Source: Octopus vulgaris (Eukaryota). Taken from it: a stretch of 64,000 nt of DNA. The notes under the pieces were generated by a model that did not search any database, had not been told where the DNA came from, and saw only the letters and a list, made by a program, of their open reading frames with translations. Where the stretch lies: the NCBI GenBank assembly GCA_951406725.2, contig OX597830.1, positions 34,968,001 to 35,032,000 of the forward strand, in the 5' to 3' direction. Position 1 is the stretch's first letter; every line of letters begins with the position of its first letter. A program made the translations under genes and the position numbers. Below, piece by piece: positions 25,290 to 39,308 of this stretch.

Positions 25290-26325
25290 ATAGTGCTATA
25301 CTGGAGCTGACAACATTCGCCGTGTAGTGGAAGTGGGAATCCTTGTTCCTCTCGGCTTTTGTCGATCTGTGATAGTTTGTCACTGAGGGATGCAGAATAT
25401 TTTCCATTTACTTCCGCTCCAAACTTGTTTTTACCGCTGATGCTCTGGAAATACCTCTAGTAGCAGTAGATATTGTCTTAAAGTCCTGGACTGACTTGCA
25501 TTTGTGGCAATTGTCACACGGAGAATTTCTACATTACCTGCAATCATATTCTGATTTAAAATATAATGGTTTAATAAATTTCTCCTTGCTGCCGCATGCC
25601 AAAATATCATCTGTGGTGAATGAAATACAACAATGAATTATTCGCACCACCTATATCCTTTAGAGCCATATTACTTCATATTACTTTGAAAACGGCTAAC
25701 ATGTACCCTTCTCCAAACCAAATGGATTTGAGTTTTGGTTTGTTATCCTTGTTTCAATTGAAATTCAACTCATTCATGAATTCAAAAAGAAAGAAATTAC
25801 AGTTAAGTCATTCAATAGATTTAAGTATCTTCCAATGGTGTTATACTTTCTTTGGAGCTTCTTCCTAAATCTTTCCTTCGTCGTCGTTTCAGTAATATTA
25901 TTTATCCATCCTATATAGTTATTGAGCTTTTCACCTTCCTTCGCAACTCTCCATTTCCACCACGGGTTTTGCCTCATTCTTTTTTTTTGCGTGAATTTTA
26001 ACCCCTACGATATTTCGACCGCAACAGAGACTGTGCGGATTATGAGGTCGTTTACATTTGTTATATTTTCACTTTGATTTTCGTTAATAGCATTTCTTAA
26101 CTGCCTTATGCAGTGTTTCACTTTCAGTTCCTCTCATGACCAGTATTCTTTTTCTATCCCTAATTCATGTCTCTTTTAAGCATTCAGGGAAGCACCTTTA
26201 CTTCTGTATGATATCATTTCACTCGATAAAATAAAACATGTCACCCTCGCAACTATCTCCTTTTTCCTTTTTATTTTTCATTTTTGATGATCATTGGTTT
26301 TCTGCCAACTTGGAATAGCTATTGT

Positions 26326-26461
<136 letters not shown>

Positions 26462-26789
26462 TGTGAAGGCGCGTGGCTTAGTGGTTAGGGCATTCGGCTC
26501 ACGATTGTAAGGTCGTGAGTTCGATTCCCGGTAACGCGTTGTGTCCTTGAGCAAGACACTTTATTTCCCGTTGCTCCAGTCCACTCAGCTGGCAAAAATG
26601 ACTTGTACCTGTTTTTCAAAGGGCCGGCGTTGTCACACTCTGTGTCACGCTGAATCTCCCGGAGAACTACGTTAGGGGTACGCGTGTCTGTGGATTGCTC
26701 AGTCACTTGCACGTTAATTTCACGAGCAGGCTCTTCCGTTAATCGTATCATCTGATACCTTCGTGGTCGTAACCGACGGAGTACTCCAA

Positions 26790-26879
<90 letters not shown>

Positions 26880-26880
26880 C
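26462..26880 (+). mobile_element. SINE family D (tRNA head) with (ATT)n tail
   Basis: GGCGCGTGGCTTAGTGGTTAGG (A box), GAGTTCGATTCCC (B box), TGTGTCCTTGAGCAAGACACTT body; (ATT)n from about 26789. Confidence 0.9.
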
Positions 26881-27096
26881 ATAGCGAGTTGTGAGACGCA
26901 GAATCATTAGGGCGTCGGAAAATGCCTCCACCTGTTTCCATTCTGATTTCAAATCCCGCCGCCAACTTTGCCTTTTATTCTTTCCACCCCAATTAAATAA
27001 ATCAGTCAATTACTAGGGCTGATAGTATAAACTGGACCCTCCACTCACCAAGTTTCAGCACACGTGCTTATGATAGAAGGAATTCTTCTTCTTCTT

Positions 27097-27163
<67 letters not shown>

Positions 27164-27165
27164 GC

Positions 27166-27202
<37 letters not shown>

Positions 27203-28371
27203 TCTTTATCATCATCATAGAGCGTTTGCTAATTTATACGTACGACGGACGCAACAAATCATTGAACTTGAAAGAAATGTGTCACTAGGATATGGCAAAA
27301 GTACATACACATATTTTACCCTGGTTTAAAGAGAATCTGGAAAAAATATCTGATAAAAAATTAAGAATGAAGAACGAGTCTGCACACCACATTTTCAACC
27401 AATTTCAACAATAAATTTACATATGTAGGTTGTAATGGAAAGCAATTACTAAGGTTAGAAGACTGAGATTCAATGTTAGCCATAAAATATCCATAGATAT
27501 CGTAATGTAAGTTTTTCTTATGTATTATAGTTTTTTTTATTGGGGTGTTGGGTTAATTTGTTTTCCATCTTGTAACATTAACGAGAGAACAAAATGATGT
27601 GCATCTTTAGAAAAAAAACAGATTAAAATTACCTATTGAGAATTCTTTTTGTTTGTTTTTTATATTAATATATTATTTTTTTCAAGTTAACACTTTGATA
27701 GTAAGCTTAGATTCTCTTCCAGATTATAAGTTTGAAATGCATAAAAGAAAGGTTTTTATTTTATTTTTTAGATCAAATATTCAAAAAAATAATATGCTTT
27801 TAGTATTCGTAATATCCTTATACATGTGTGTTTAAGTGTGTGAATGTTACATATTAATAAACACACATCAATGTAAAAATGGCTGTTGCGATGGATGAAA
27901 ATTTGTCTGCCATCTTTTGCTTAATGGTAGGTAATCCAATATGCTTAAAGTTATCATTGCTTCACTCTCTTTTCATCTTTGAAGTTAAATGAACTCTTTT
28001 AACTGTCAGGATACTAAACACCACGACAAAAAATAAATGAAAGACAACACGCAAACGATAAGCAACATTGGTTAATAGCTACTTATTTTCTTGTGAAATA
28101 TCACGAATTGGTTAAAATGAGACTTTCACACCAATTAAATTTAACATATTAGTAAATATTTAAAGCAGATGAATAAAATTTATGATATATTTTATATTCG
28201 GATTGCTCTGCTTTTGAAATTGTTTAGAAAAGATGTGTAATAATGATAAAATATAATAGCCATATGTGTTGGCTGTAATAACATTAGACGTTGAATAATT
28301 TTCACATGGCATATGTAGCACTCTTCCCGAGTTCGTATTTCAAATCATAGCAATAGCGTTTGTAATATATA

Positions 28372-28937
28372 TTGTGTTGTCCGGAAAGTTCGTGCCGATT
28401 TTTAAAGGAAAGAAAAAGGTCAATAAATATTTGCCACTACATTTTTAATCAACCAAATATGAACCATTTTGCTGTACAATGCATTTCCATCTTTCCTTTA
28501 ACTTGAAAATACCCTCTTCCCAGAAATGAGGTGATTTCATGGCAACGAATTCATCAAGGTATCTTTTTACGTCATCCAAGGAATTGAAATTTTTACCATT
28601 AAGACTATTTTGTAGAGACCTGAATAAGTGGAAATCTGAAGGAGCAATATCTGGTGAATATGGAGGGTGGGGTAACATATCCCAGCCGAGCTGCAGCAAT
28701 TTTTGTCTGGTTCCCAAAGCATCAAGTGCTGTAAATGAACTTTATTATCTTCCATTTTAAAAGATTACAGAATTGACACAGGTTATAGGAACATAAACAT
28801 TCTTCCACGAAAATATAGCTTAAACTGTGCTTTAAATGGAGGTGTAGGCAAATCCTGTTTTATGGACTTAACCATATTCTAAAATAAGTCGAAAGGTAAC
28901 CTATTGTAAATCGGCACGAACTTCCCAGACAACCCAA
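28372..28937 (-). mobile_element. Internally deleted mariner (mellifera-subfamily-like) with both TIRs and TA TSD
   Basis: TIRs TTGTGTTGTCCGGAAAGTTCGTGCCGATTT / AAATCGGCACGAACTTCCCAGACAACCCAA, flanked by TA. N-terminal MEDNKVHLQHLML is fused to the C-terminal part. Confidence 0.95.
28445..28755 (-). pseudogene. Mariner transposase remnant (N-terminal stub plus C-terminal ~88 aa)
   Basis: TRQKLLQLGWDMLPHPPYSPDIAPSDFHLFRSLQNSL...ERWKCIVQQNGSY contains the YSPDLAP.D motif. Confidence 0.92.
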
Positions 28938-29573
28938 TAAAACAATAAATTAACTAAAGCGGTCTTTGATTTGTTAATACAATTTTGCTCTCCTTCGATG
29001 CTACTTGCAATGTAGTTTTGCTTTCGTTTCACATGAATGAGTCAGAGGATGAAGCGCAGGGCCCAGGACTCAATGACTTCACGTAGGACGAGTGACTGTT
29101 TCCCTCATACCGGCCACCAATAGTGCCCCTAATGACGAAAAATTTACTTTCCGGTAATATTCCGCGTGCCGGAGTATCGCCCAGGCTCTATCTACCAAAT
29201 TCCACGCTCAGGTCTTCGTTAAATAAAAGTCAGTTTTGTGAGATACCACAGAGTGAGTTGAAACCAGAAAGCATAGAGTTGAGAAACTAACAACTAAGAA
29301 TTCTTAAAATGAGATGAAAAAATTTAATGGCAGTAATGTCACCGGAATCAGGAGTTATGTTATATTGAGGGATATCTGGGCTCTTGGTCTCTATGGTATA
29401 TTTGACAGGTAAGAAATAGCCGAAGCTTCTTTTAATTTCACGATACACAGTGTAGATTGGTTTCGAATGGAATATCTTTCATTATAGGTGTTCTATAACT
29501 ATTACTACTAGAACTCGGACTGAAATCCGACTGAAATCCGAATACTATTTGTAATAGTTATAGAAGATCTATA

Positions 29574-29644
<71 letters not shown>

Positions 29645-29689
29645 ATATATATACTTAAGTACAAACAAGTACACACACACACGTGTGTG

Positions 29690-30028
29690 TGTGAAGTCGC
29701 ATGACTCAGTGGTTAGAGCGTCGGGCTTGAAATCATGAGGTAGTGAGTTCGATTCCCGGACCGGGCTGTGTGTTGTGTTGTTGAGCAAGACACTTTAGTT
29801 CACGTTGCTTCCGTTTGTTCAGCTGTAGAAATGAGCTGCGACGTCACTGGTGCCCAGTTGTATTTGCTTTTCCTTTGCATAACATCAGTTCCGTGGAGAG
29901 TCTAGTATGAAAGGGCGACTGCTGGTCTTCCCATAAACATCTTTGCCCGTACTTGCGCCTCGGAGTGGAACTTTATAGGTGCTATCACATCGTCATTCAT
30001 GACCGAAGTGGTCTTTACTCTTTACCCT
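29690..30028 (+). mobile_element. tRNA-derived SINE related to family D, different 3' half
   Basis: TGACTCAGTGGTTAGAGCG, GAGTTCGATTCCCGG, TTGAGCAAGACACTTTA.TTCACGTTGCT. Confidence 0.85.
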
Positions 30029-30059
30029 ATATGTATATATATATATATATATACATATA

Positions 30060-30217
30060 CAACGGGTTTCTTACAGTTTCCGTCTACCAAATTCGCTCAC
30101 AAGATTTTGGTCGGCCCAAGGCTATAGTAGAAGACACGTGCCCAAGGTGACACGCAGTGGGACTGAACCCGGGACCATGTGGTTTGTAGGCAAGCTACTT
30201 ACCGCACAAACACTCCT
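30060..30217 (-). mobile_element. SINE family A, 5' half
   Basis: ACGGGTTTCTTACAGTTTCCGTCTACCAAA...GCAGTGGGACTGAACCC...CTACTTACC. Confidence 0.85.
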
Positions 30218-30576
30218 TTACAGTGAGACCCTGAGGAGTGTTCACTGCAAACATATACGGATTTATATATAATTGGATGTGTAACTTATGTGGTCATCAT
30301 GTTTCTATTACGATGTACTTACATCTATCCCAACATTTGATCTCAGATCGGATCCATTGCCAAGCACGTAAAATTCTTTAATATGCTTACGAATATTTAC
30401 GTGTATGTGGGCAAAACTAGGAGTTTGGAATACTATATAAAACTCTATTAGAATTTTCTTTTCATAACCGACACTGTTATAACGTTAAGATACAAATAAA
30501 TGAATCCAATATATATATTATATACATGCACATATCATATATGCACACACACACACATATTATATATATGTATGTG

Positions 30577-30615
<39 letters not shown>

Positions 30616-31410
30616 GTGTGTGTTTGTGTGTGTGTGAATGAATCCTCGTTGTCATTCAATAACTTTGCGCCTCTTTATTAAGCACCTCTCTCTACTGATA
30701 GAAATAAACAAAGATTATATTATTTTCAAAATGTGGTTTCTCATATAAGGTATTGAAGCGAGTTATATCGCTAGAATACATTTATATATAACAAGCCATT
30801 CATTTCGTCTCTCTCTAGCTAAATCCATAGACTTTTGACTTGACATATCCCCGCCACAGTCCACAAATGCTATAAGGGTAGCCTTGCAAATGTGTATTTC
30901 TGAAATATATGAAATATTCACCAGGGCGAAAGGAAACAAGGTCCTCCGATGCCAGACTGCCTAGAGCAATAGATGCAGTGTTCATCGAAATATTGTAAAA
31001 ACAATAAGAGATTTCACAGAAAAGCTTCGTCGTCCCTCGTGTCCGAACTAATAGGAAAATATGTGAAAAAAAATATCATTGAAGCAACGGATGTGCTGAA
31101 ATAAAATTGGGAAGTATTAATGTTGTGCAGGTTGGTTTAATATTTAGATCTCTAAGCTAAATCTTAGGAAGGAAGAATGAGGGCTGCAAAAAAATAAAAT
31201 ATATAAATAAATAAAATGTGTATGAGAAAAACACAAGATGGGGATAAAGGGACAGGCAAAGAGAAATATTGCGCTTAGCCATATAGCGAAAGAAAAAATT
31301 GAGATGTATTTCATAATTCTGAGGTTTAGATGTTTTTTATGAAGGAAAGGGTTTACTCTATTTAATATGAGAGAGGCAAGCGAGTTTATTGAGATGACTT
31401 GAACAATATT

Positions 31411-31496
<86 letters not shown>

Positions 31497-32359
31497 CTGT
31501 GTGTGTCTGTGTGTGTGTGTGTGTGTGTGTACATGTGTGTGAGTGTGTGAGTATTTATGAATATACATTAATGCATTCACACAAACATATTTTCGGGTTT
31601 ATATGTTCTAAATACAAACACGCGCATATATATATATATATATATATGTCGAAGTAAGTATATAAACCCATATAACAGTGTGTGTCCTTTCAAGGGGATC
31701 GACACCCTCGGGAAATAGGTGAGGCTATAGATGTCGTCATCGATCCCTTATTACTTTTAAAACCAAGGTGATTATCTCGATATTAAAGAGTTCATAAAAT
31801 CTTATACTCATAAATATAGACTTCGCTAGGTATGTATGTATGTATGTATGTATGTATGTATCTCTCTCCCTCTCTCTCTCTATATATATATATTTATATA
31901 TATATGCATATATATATAGGTATAAATATATATAAATATATGTTTATGTATGTATGTGTTTTTGTGTGTGTGTATACATGTGGTTGGTAGGTTGATGTAT
32001 ATGAATGTGCTCATCATAAAATAAGTAGAAAGACGGAAGGGGATATTAAAAATGTATTACTTACGCACGAACAAACATACAGATAGACAAGCATACTTCA
32101 CAAATATCATACACATACATATATACATTTATATATATACACATATATATATATATAGACATACATATATATACATATGTACATATATATATATATGTAT
32201 GTATATATATATATGTGTGTGTGTGTGTGCGTGCGTATTCATACGTATATTCTTTATATATGCGATGGATAAAGTAACATCGCTTATGTAAGTGACACAG
32301 ATGACGAAATAGCTGTTAACTAATGGAATAAGCATTGTGTATAGGTTTGTGTATGTATA

Positions 32360-32416
<57 letters not shown>

Positions 32417-32549
32417 GGTTGTGCTGTAACAACGCACACGAACAGAATACATTTCCAAATATTTCATGCCAGGTTAACACAACAGACTCTGTTATAAATA
32501 TCATATATTTCATTACATGACTATACTTTTTCCAAATAGATGCAAACCA

Positions 32550-32765
32550 GACCGGGCGTTGCGTGGCGTTCTTGAGAAAAGCACTGCATTTCACGTTGCC
32601 CTGCGATCATTTCTTCATCTGACATGTGTCACCCTTCGTACCTGCACAGGTAATGTGGATCTGATGGAGGGACCGAGCTTATCTGTACACAAACATTTGA
32701 TCCCTATAAACAAATCATGTTTGGTTGTTCTGTAAGAAATTGCCGAACACTCATACGTCGCCTAG
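32550..32765 (+). mobile_element. Headless SINE body related to family D
   Basis: GTTCTTGAGAAAAGCACTGCATTTCACGTTGC resembles the body at 26540-26575 and 29775-29810. Confidence 0.5.
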
Positions 32766-33067
32766 CGACGGAAGAGTCCATCGTGACCTTCGAAAACGTG
32801 GAGTAGATGAAACAAAGGCGACTGAAGAAGGGGAATTTTCCTTGTATTGTATGTCCTGTACTCTATTTTTTTGTTGTTTAAGAAAAATGTCCATTTCCTT
32901 GGTTTTGTGTGTATGTTTTCGTTTCTCATTGTGTTCAACGTTTTTTTTTGGTGTCCTGTACCCATATATGCATGTATATATACATGTAGAGGTAGGTACG
33001 TACACATATGTATGTATATAAGAATATGTTTTATTTATTTATTAATTTATTAAATATATATATATAT

Positions 33068-33250
33068 ATTCCCTATCTCCTCCTTTTCCATAATGATTCG
33101 AACTCAAATCTTTCCTCTATTTAACTTTCTCACACCGTTTCTGGTGAAGGGATATCCATAATATCCCAGAAACAACTGTAAGACTAAATTCCTTATCAAT
33201 GTCCTGAAAACTCCTCACAGCCTTCGCTTTGTTATCTCACTCTGTCTAAT
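33068..33250 (+). mobile_element. Penelope-like pseudo-LTR fragment in (TA)n carrying a hammerhead motif
   Basis: Unique 180-bp insert bounded by TA tracts, containing the HHR at 33137-33184. Confidence 0.6.
33137..33184 (+). ncRNA. Minimal type I hammerhead ribozyme motif (mutated)
   Basis: GTTT-CTGGTGA-A-GGGATAT/CCATA/ATATCCC-A-GAAA-CAACTG-TA-AGAC. Stem I GTTT/AGAC, 7-bp stem II, near-palindromic stem III (CAGCTG-like), one core substitution. Confidence 0.7.
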
Positions 33251-33316
33251 ATATATATACATATGTGTGTGTGGGTGTAAATATATATGTATATATATAT
33301 ATGTTTGTGTGTGTAA

Positions 33317-33350
<34 letters not shown>

Positions 33351-34082
33351 GTATATAAATGTGTATGTATGTGTTTATATCTATATGCATTAATGTATAT
33401 CTGTGTGTGTACCCACCTATATATTTGTGCGCATAAATGTATATATATGAATAAATCAAACAGCTAAATCTTAGAGTTGCTAAAGTGTCCAAGAGATCGC
33501 ATCGAGTTTCTATGCTCCGAATGGTGCCGCCTTAATCCCTTACCGTTTCGCTGCTGGTGACAAAATCGAAAAACCTGTTGTGGTGATGATTTTTCTCTTT
33601 ATCGTATAATATGCTTGCGTGGCTATTTTCACTTACATGTATTTAAATTTTCAAACTCTCTCTTCGTTACGATCCTTACCAATATATCTAACTCCTGTAA
33701 CACACATATGTTTTTAATGGTAGATATCATAATCAACCAGAATTTTCTGCCAAGAAGTTGACTGTAGATCAGTAGTGTTCTGCATTATCGGATTTGCTGC
33801 CGTAACATCAGTTATGCTTAGCATAGTATTCTGATATATATCAATAGTATGGCTTTCGTAACCAGTTATCTAGTTATGGGTATGTAGTAAATGGTTAAAA
33901 CTTAATCCTAGCATTACTCTAGTTTAGGGAGCTAAAATTATCAAGCCATAATTACTCTTTTTATACAGTATCTATATATAGCTAGCCATCTACCCATCTA
34001 CAAGCCAATCTGTGTGTGTATGTATCTATGTACGTATATATATATGCATTAATACATATGCATATATATACATATATATATA

Positions 34083-34147
<65 letters not shown>

Positions 34148-34555
34148 GCATATATATATAAAACATATATTTATGTATGTATGTGGATATGCGAATATGC
34201 GTGCATATGTATATGTGATTATATGCATGGCATTAAATTTGCACTTAACTATGGGAGTGTGGTATATTTGAGATACATCAAATCTCATTTTGCTTTTTAC
34301 GTAGACGTTGTCATAATTCTAATTTAATATATTTTGCACTTCCTGTTGGCGCTTCCCTTGATAAATGCCTTATTTTTGATGAATTAGTATTTGCGATGTG
34401 ATGCACATATTATGTCTAGTATCTATCTATATCTATCTACCTATCTATCAATTTGTCTATCTCTCTATATGTCTTTCTGTCAGTCCGTCTATCTCCCTAT
34501 CTATCTATCCACCTGTTTGCCTATCTGTTTTTCTAGATAAGCAGACGGTTTTAAA

Positions 34556-34557
34556 TA

Positions 34558-34634
<77 letters not shown>

Positions 34635-34720
34635 ATATATATATATATATATATAGATAGATAGATAGATAGATAGATACATACATACATACATACATAC
34701 ATACATACATTCATACATAG
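34556..34720. repeat. (ATCT)n(AT)n(AGAT)n(ACAT)n microsatellite
   Basis: Read directly from sequence. Confidence 0.95.
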
Positions 34721-35583
34721 TCACACACATATTGGTGTGTACGTTTGACTATGTGTCAGCATATTGATCTATATATATGCGTATGCACTTGTGTGTACGC
34801 GTATATTTGTTAACGGATATAATAATAACTATCTTTATACATATATGCGCATTTGTATTAAACTCACGTTTCCCGATATGGATATGTAAATTCTTAGCTA
34901 TTATCCGATCATTTTGTATGCATAAAGTGCTCAAGCTTGGTATATACGTTAATAGCTTCAGTGGAGCCACATGGAATTATCAGTAATAAATGCTGCACTA
35001 AAACATGTGATCGTTCTCTTCCAAGCACACTAAAATTCATTTTCGATAACAACAAACGTTCGAATTTAAACTTTGAACTTTCCAACCAAAATAACGTAAT
35101 TGTTAAGCGTATTGAAATATTAAGTAATAGCTTAATACGATTGCAAGTGCAAGCCGAACTTTCAAAAAATAGAAATAAATACACCTTATCTTAAGCTACA
35201 CACCATAAGATGATATATCAGTTCTTTTACAAAGGAGGTTAAATACATAGCAAATAATAATTAACTAATTAATAAACTAAATATGTTATTGTTTTGATAT
35301 AAAATCGAAGTGAAATACGAATGCAAGTGTTTCATTAATAGTTCGATCCACCCAAACTATAACAATATTTGTATGATTTTACATATAATATAAATAAAGG
35401 GTAAAATCCACTTCGTTTTTTTGACAATTTGTAATTGTAGGAGGAAGTGATTTGATTTTTTCTGGGCTAACTCTAATCCTTTAAAAGACAACAAAGGGAT
35501 GTTTTATTAAGGTTGTTGTTGCTATTTTTGTGTCCCTATTCAGGCTTGAGTAAAGGTATTCCATATATGACTTGACTTTCTCC

Positions 35584-35642
35584 TAGCTTGCTTACCAACC
35601 ACATGGTTCCGGGTTCAGTCCCACTGCGTGGCACCTTGGGCA

Positions 35643-35702
<60 letters not shown>

Positions 35703-35932
35703 TGTATGTATTTGTGTGCATATGGTTGTGTGTCTGTGTTTGTCCCCCAAATTCGCTTGACAACCGATGCTGGTGTGTTTACGTCCCCGTAACTTAGCGG
35801 TTCGGCAAAAGAGACTAACAGAATAAGTACTAGGCTTACAAAGAATAAGTCCCGGGGTCGATTTGCTCTACTAAAAAGGCGGTGCTCCAGAATGGCCGCA
35901 GTCAAATGACTGAAACCAGTAAAAGAGTAAAA
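35584..35932 (+). mobile_element. SINE family A, 5'-truncated with internal deletion
   Basis: TAGCTTGCTTACCAACCACATGGTTCCGGG...CCTTGGGCAAGT jumps straight to the TA tract; the 3' half is intact. Confidence 0.9.
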
Positions 35933-36969
35933 TGGTAAGCAGTGGTTGGAGAAAGATTTGGCTGGTGTCTCTAACTAGTCAAACTACTAGCCTAAAATAG
36001 CAGTCAATCTCTTTGTCTTTTTGTTGTCGTTGTTTCACTTCAGATCAATCCTGAAAGTGCACACCTATTATAGAAAACACCTAAAAATTAACGTCTTTTC
36101 CAACACGAGATTTGAAATTGATTTGACATTTATTTCCAGCGGTTTGAGAACGTACCCATCGTTGGATCGAGGCAGCTTCGGTCGGGTATTCTCGTTTGTC
36201 TCCCCTACCACTAGGCTAGGATGTATACTGTTAGACGGATTAAATATACCAGTCATAGTTGTAGTTATGCAAAGCACAAATTAACTCGCCTTCTTTAAAT
36301 ATATAAATATTACAATCAAATAATTTGAGTTACGCTAATGTCCGCCAATGTCCTTCTCTCGTTTTATATTGTTAGCCTCGAGTTATTGGTATTTTTAGTA
36401 CTGTTGCATATCTGTCGTCAAAAACAGGCTGCAGTTTTATTAATTAGAAGCAATGTACTTCAGTAGGAAAAATTGTTAATTAACAAATCTATTTGATCCT
36501 AAAATCGACGTTGTTTAATTAAATATGGCAATGAGCCGAATTAATTAATTCCTATCCTTTATTAGATGAATATTAGAGTGAAGTAATTGATGCGACTCTG
36601 GCTGCTGCTGTTGCTTTGCTTCCGGTAAGAATAGTCTGAGGGGAATAATGTATCAAATATTTTCTAGCCATGGCCATTATATGTTTTTAGATCATGTTTA
36701 TCAAAGAGTAGATTATTCAAAATGTCCTTAGTAATTTTTCTGATTTTTATTTTAAAATGTTAGGTTATGAATTAAAAGAAATCTCGCTGCATTTTCTAGC
36801 GAGGCAAGAAGCCCACATAAATGCTCCCTTATTGATTATATGCCATCTCTCTAACCAGTATAATGTACAATGTTTCACCTGAAGACACTAATTAGCAATT
36901 AAAATTATTTAGTCTTTTAAGGGATAAGTACGCTGTGTAAACTAAAGGAATATTACAGTTTTAAGCATA

Positions 36970-37362
36970 TTGTTATTAGACTGCGGTCATGCTGGAGCAC
37001 CACATGTGCTAAATGAGCCCAACTTTTATTTTTAAAATCTTGATACCATTTTTTGTATCGATCTCTGTTGTCATAAAGCTACACCATGAAGACAGAATAA
37101 ATGAAACACTGGTTCTCATGCGTTATTGGAGGAAAATCAACACAAAGATGCACACATAAGCAGACACACTCAAGAACACGCACGCATCCGCACACTCACA
37201 CACGCACACATACACGCACAACGGGATTCTTTTAGTTTTCCTCAACTGAATTCACTCACATGTCTTTAGTTAAACCGAGACTGGAGTAGGACAGCCTTGC
37301 ACAATGTATCACGCAATGGTGACGAAGATTGGAAGCAAGTTTCTTAACAACAGAATCATATC
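36970..37362 (-). mobile_element. SINE family A, old diverged copy
   Basis: GACTGCGGTCATGCTGGAGCACC...TTCACTCACA...GCAAGTTTCTTAAC. Confidence 0.65.
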
Positions 37363-37716
37363 TACGAGAGAATACTTTTCTTTTGTTCTAAAATAAATCA
37401 TATTTACAATTTAAAATAAAATAAAAATTTAGGGATTTCGTTTTAGATCTGATACCAGAATCAATTATAAGACTGCATTATTTTAAGAATTTACAAATAT
37501 ATTATAGAGAACAATAAAAAAAATTGCGAAATTTAAAATAAATTTAAGAAAAATCTGATAATTAAAAGGTGTCAATATAAAGGAAGAAAATGTTTTATGA
37601 AAGATAAAGATTCAACAGTATTCTTTAATTATACACTTGGGCATTATGAAATTCTTTCAAATTTGGCCTTGTATTTTCCCCCGCAATGTTAGCATGAAAT
37701 GTGTATTAAAAATAAT

Positions 37717-37787
<71 letters not shown>

Positions 37788-37799
37788 GTTATCATGTAT

Positions 37800-38263
37800 A
37801 TTGTTCTGTCTTCGTATAAAAGACGGGCTACAGCAAATATTCTGCTCAATAGCACAGACTCGCTTGTGAGATGTTTGACCATAACCAGTTGACTATGACA
37901 CTTAGTGGCTGCCGATATGTGCATCTCTGATCACGAGCAGAAGATGTGGGGGAGAATCATAGCCGTGTGTTGAAAGGAATTCTCAGAGGCTTGGATAATT
38001 CCCCTTTGGAAACAAGGGTGTTTCGTTCAACATCCTTAAACAATACTTATGCAAGAACCTTGAAGGGTTACTCAACCAAAAGAAAGGTCATGCGTTGTTT
38101 ATCTTGATATGAGATCACAATGTCACGCACATATCGTTGTGATGCATGTGCCCGGTGTACCCTTATCAGACGGGTAGTCATGATGGGTATGCTGGGCTTC
38201 GTATATTTGTATCCCAGTGTCACTTTGATGGTATGCACTGCTCTTTCACTCGAAAATAATAAT
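37800..38263. mobile_element. Unclassified ~460-bp interspersed element beside an (AAT)n tract (probable LINE UTR or non-autonomous retroposon)
   Basis: Higher-complexity block starting after an (AAT)n tract and ending in AATAATAAT; no ORF. Single copy in this window. Confidence 0.4.
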
Positions 38264-38266
38264 ATA

Positions 38267-38315
<49 letters not shown>

Positions 38316-38370
38316 TATTTAATTCGTTTAATATATTCGTGCACAGACACGCACACGAACGGGACGCTGT

Positions 38371-38874
<504 letters not shown>

Positions 38875-38904
38875 TATATATATACAGAAAGAGAGAGAGA
38901 GAGA

Positions 38905-39109
38905 GAAAGGGTGCTGACAAGTTCCTAGCTTTAAGGGTATCGCGAAAGGCATGGTTGGGGGAACCAAACTTCTGGTTTCTTTTACAACATGAAGGACCAC
39001 TGCAACAAGTGTGTGAATCTGAGAAGGAAATAAGTTGAATAAAATCCGAATTAATTCGTCCTCCTGTATTTCATTCCATCCAAAGCCAAGAACTTCTCAG
39101 TACTCCCTC
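38905..39109 (+). mobile_element. ~200-bp mariner-derived MITE
   Basis: Imperfect TIRs GGGTGCTGACAAGTTCCTAGCTTT / AAAGCCAAGAACTTCTCAGTACTC. Internal HCNKCVNLRRK*VE* resembles the mariner C-terminus (W.KC..L.G.YVE). Confidence 0.75.
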
Positions 39110-39121
39110 CACAATGTATAT

Positions 39122-39122
39122 A

Positions 39123-39211
<89 letters not shown>

Positions 39212-39212
39212 G

Positions 39213-39305
<93 letters not shown>
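39122..39305. repeat. (TG)n(TA)n(TAGA)n microsatellite
   Basis: Read directly from sequence. Confidence 0.95.

Positions 39306-39308
<3 letters not shown>

Noticed and set aside
25290-26270. Possible decayed LTR-retrotransposon gag on the minus strand (Cys clusters near 25500-25600)
   Set aside because: No intact CX2CX4HX4C, protease or LTR could be read; left unannotated.
26468-26535. tRNA genes at SINE heads (also 9915-9985, 29695-29765, 57265-57335)
   Set aside because: A/B boxes are present but there is no complete cloverleaf, and each continues into a SINE body and tail.
30225-30265. CCCTGAGGAGTGTTCACTGCAAACATATACGG as a decayed hammerhead
   Set aside because: Needs several corrections (no GAAA, no UH); not supportable alone.
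32765-32850. CCTTCGAAAACGTG and CTGAAGAAGG as hammerhead halves
   Set aside because: I could not build consistent stems I and III or a cleavage site for any topology; probably part of another repeat.
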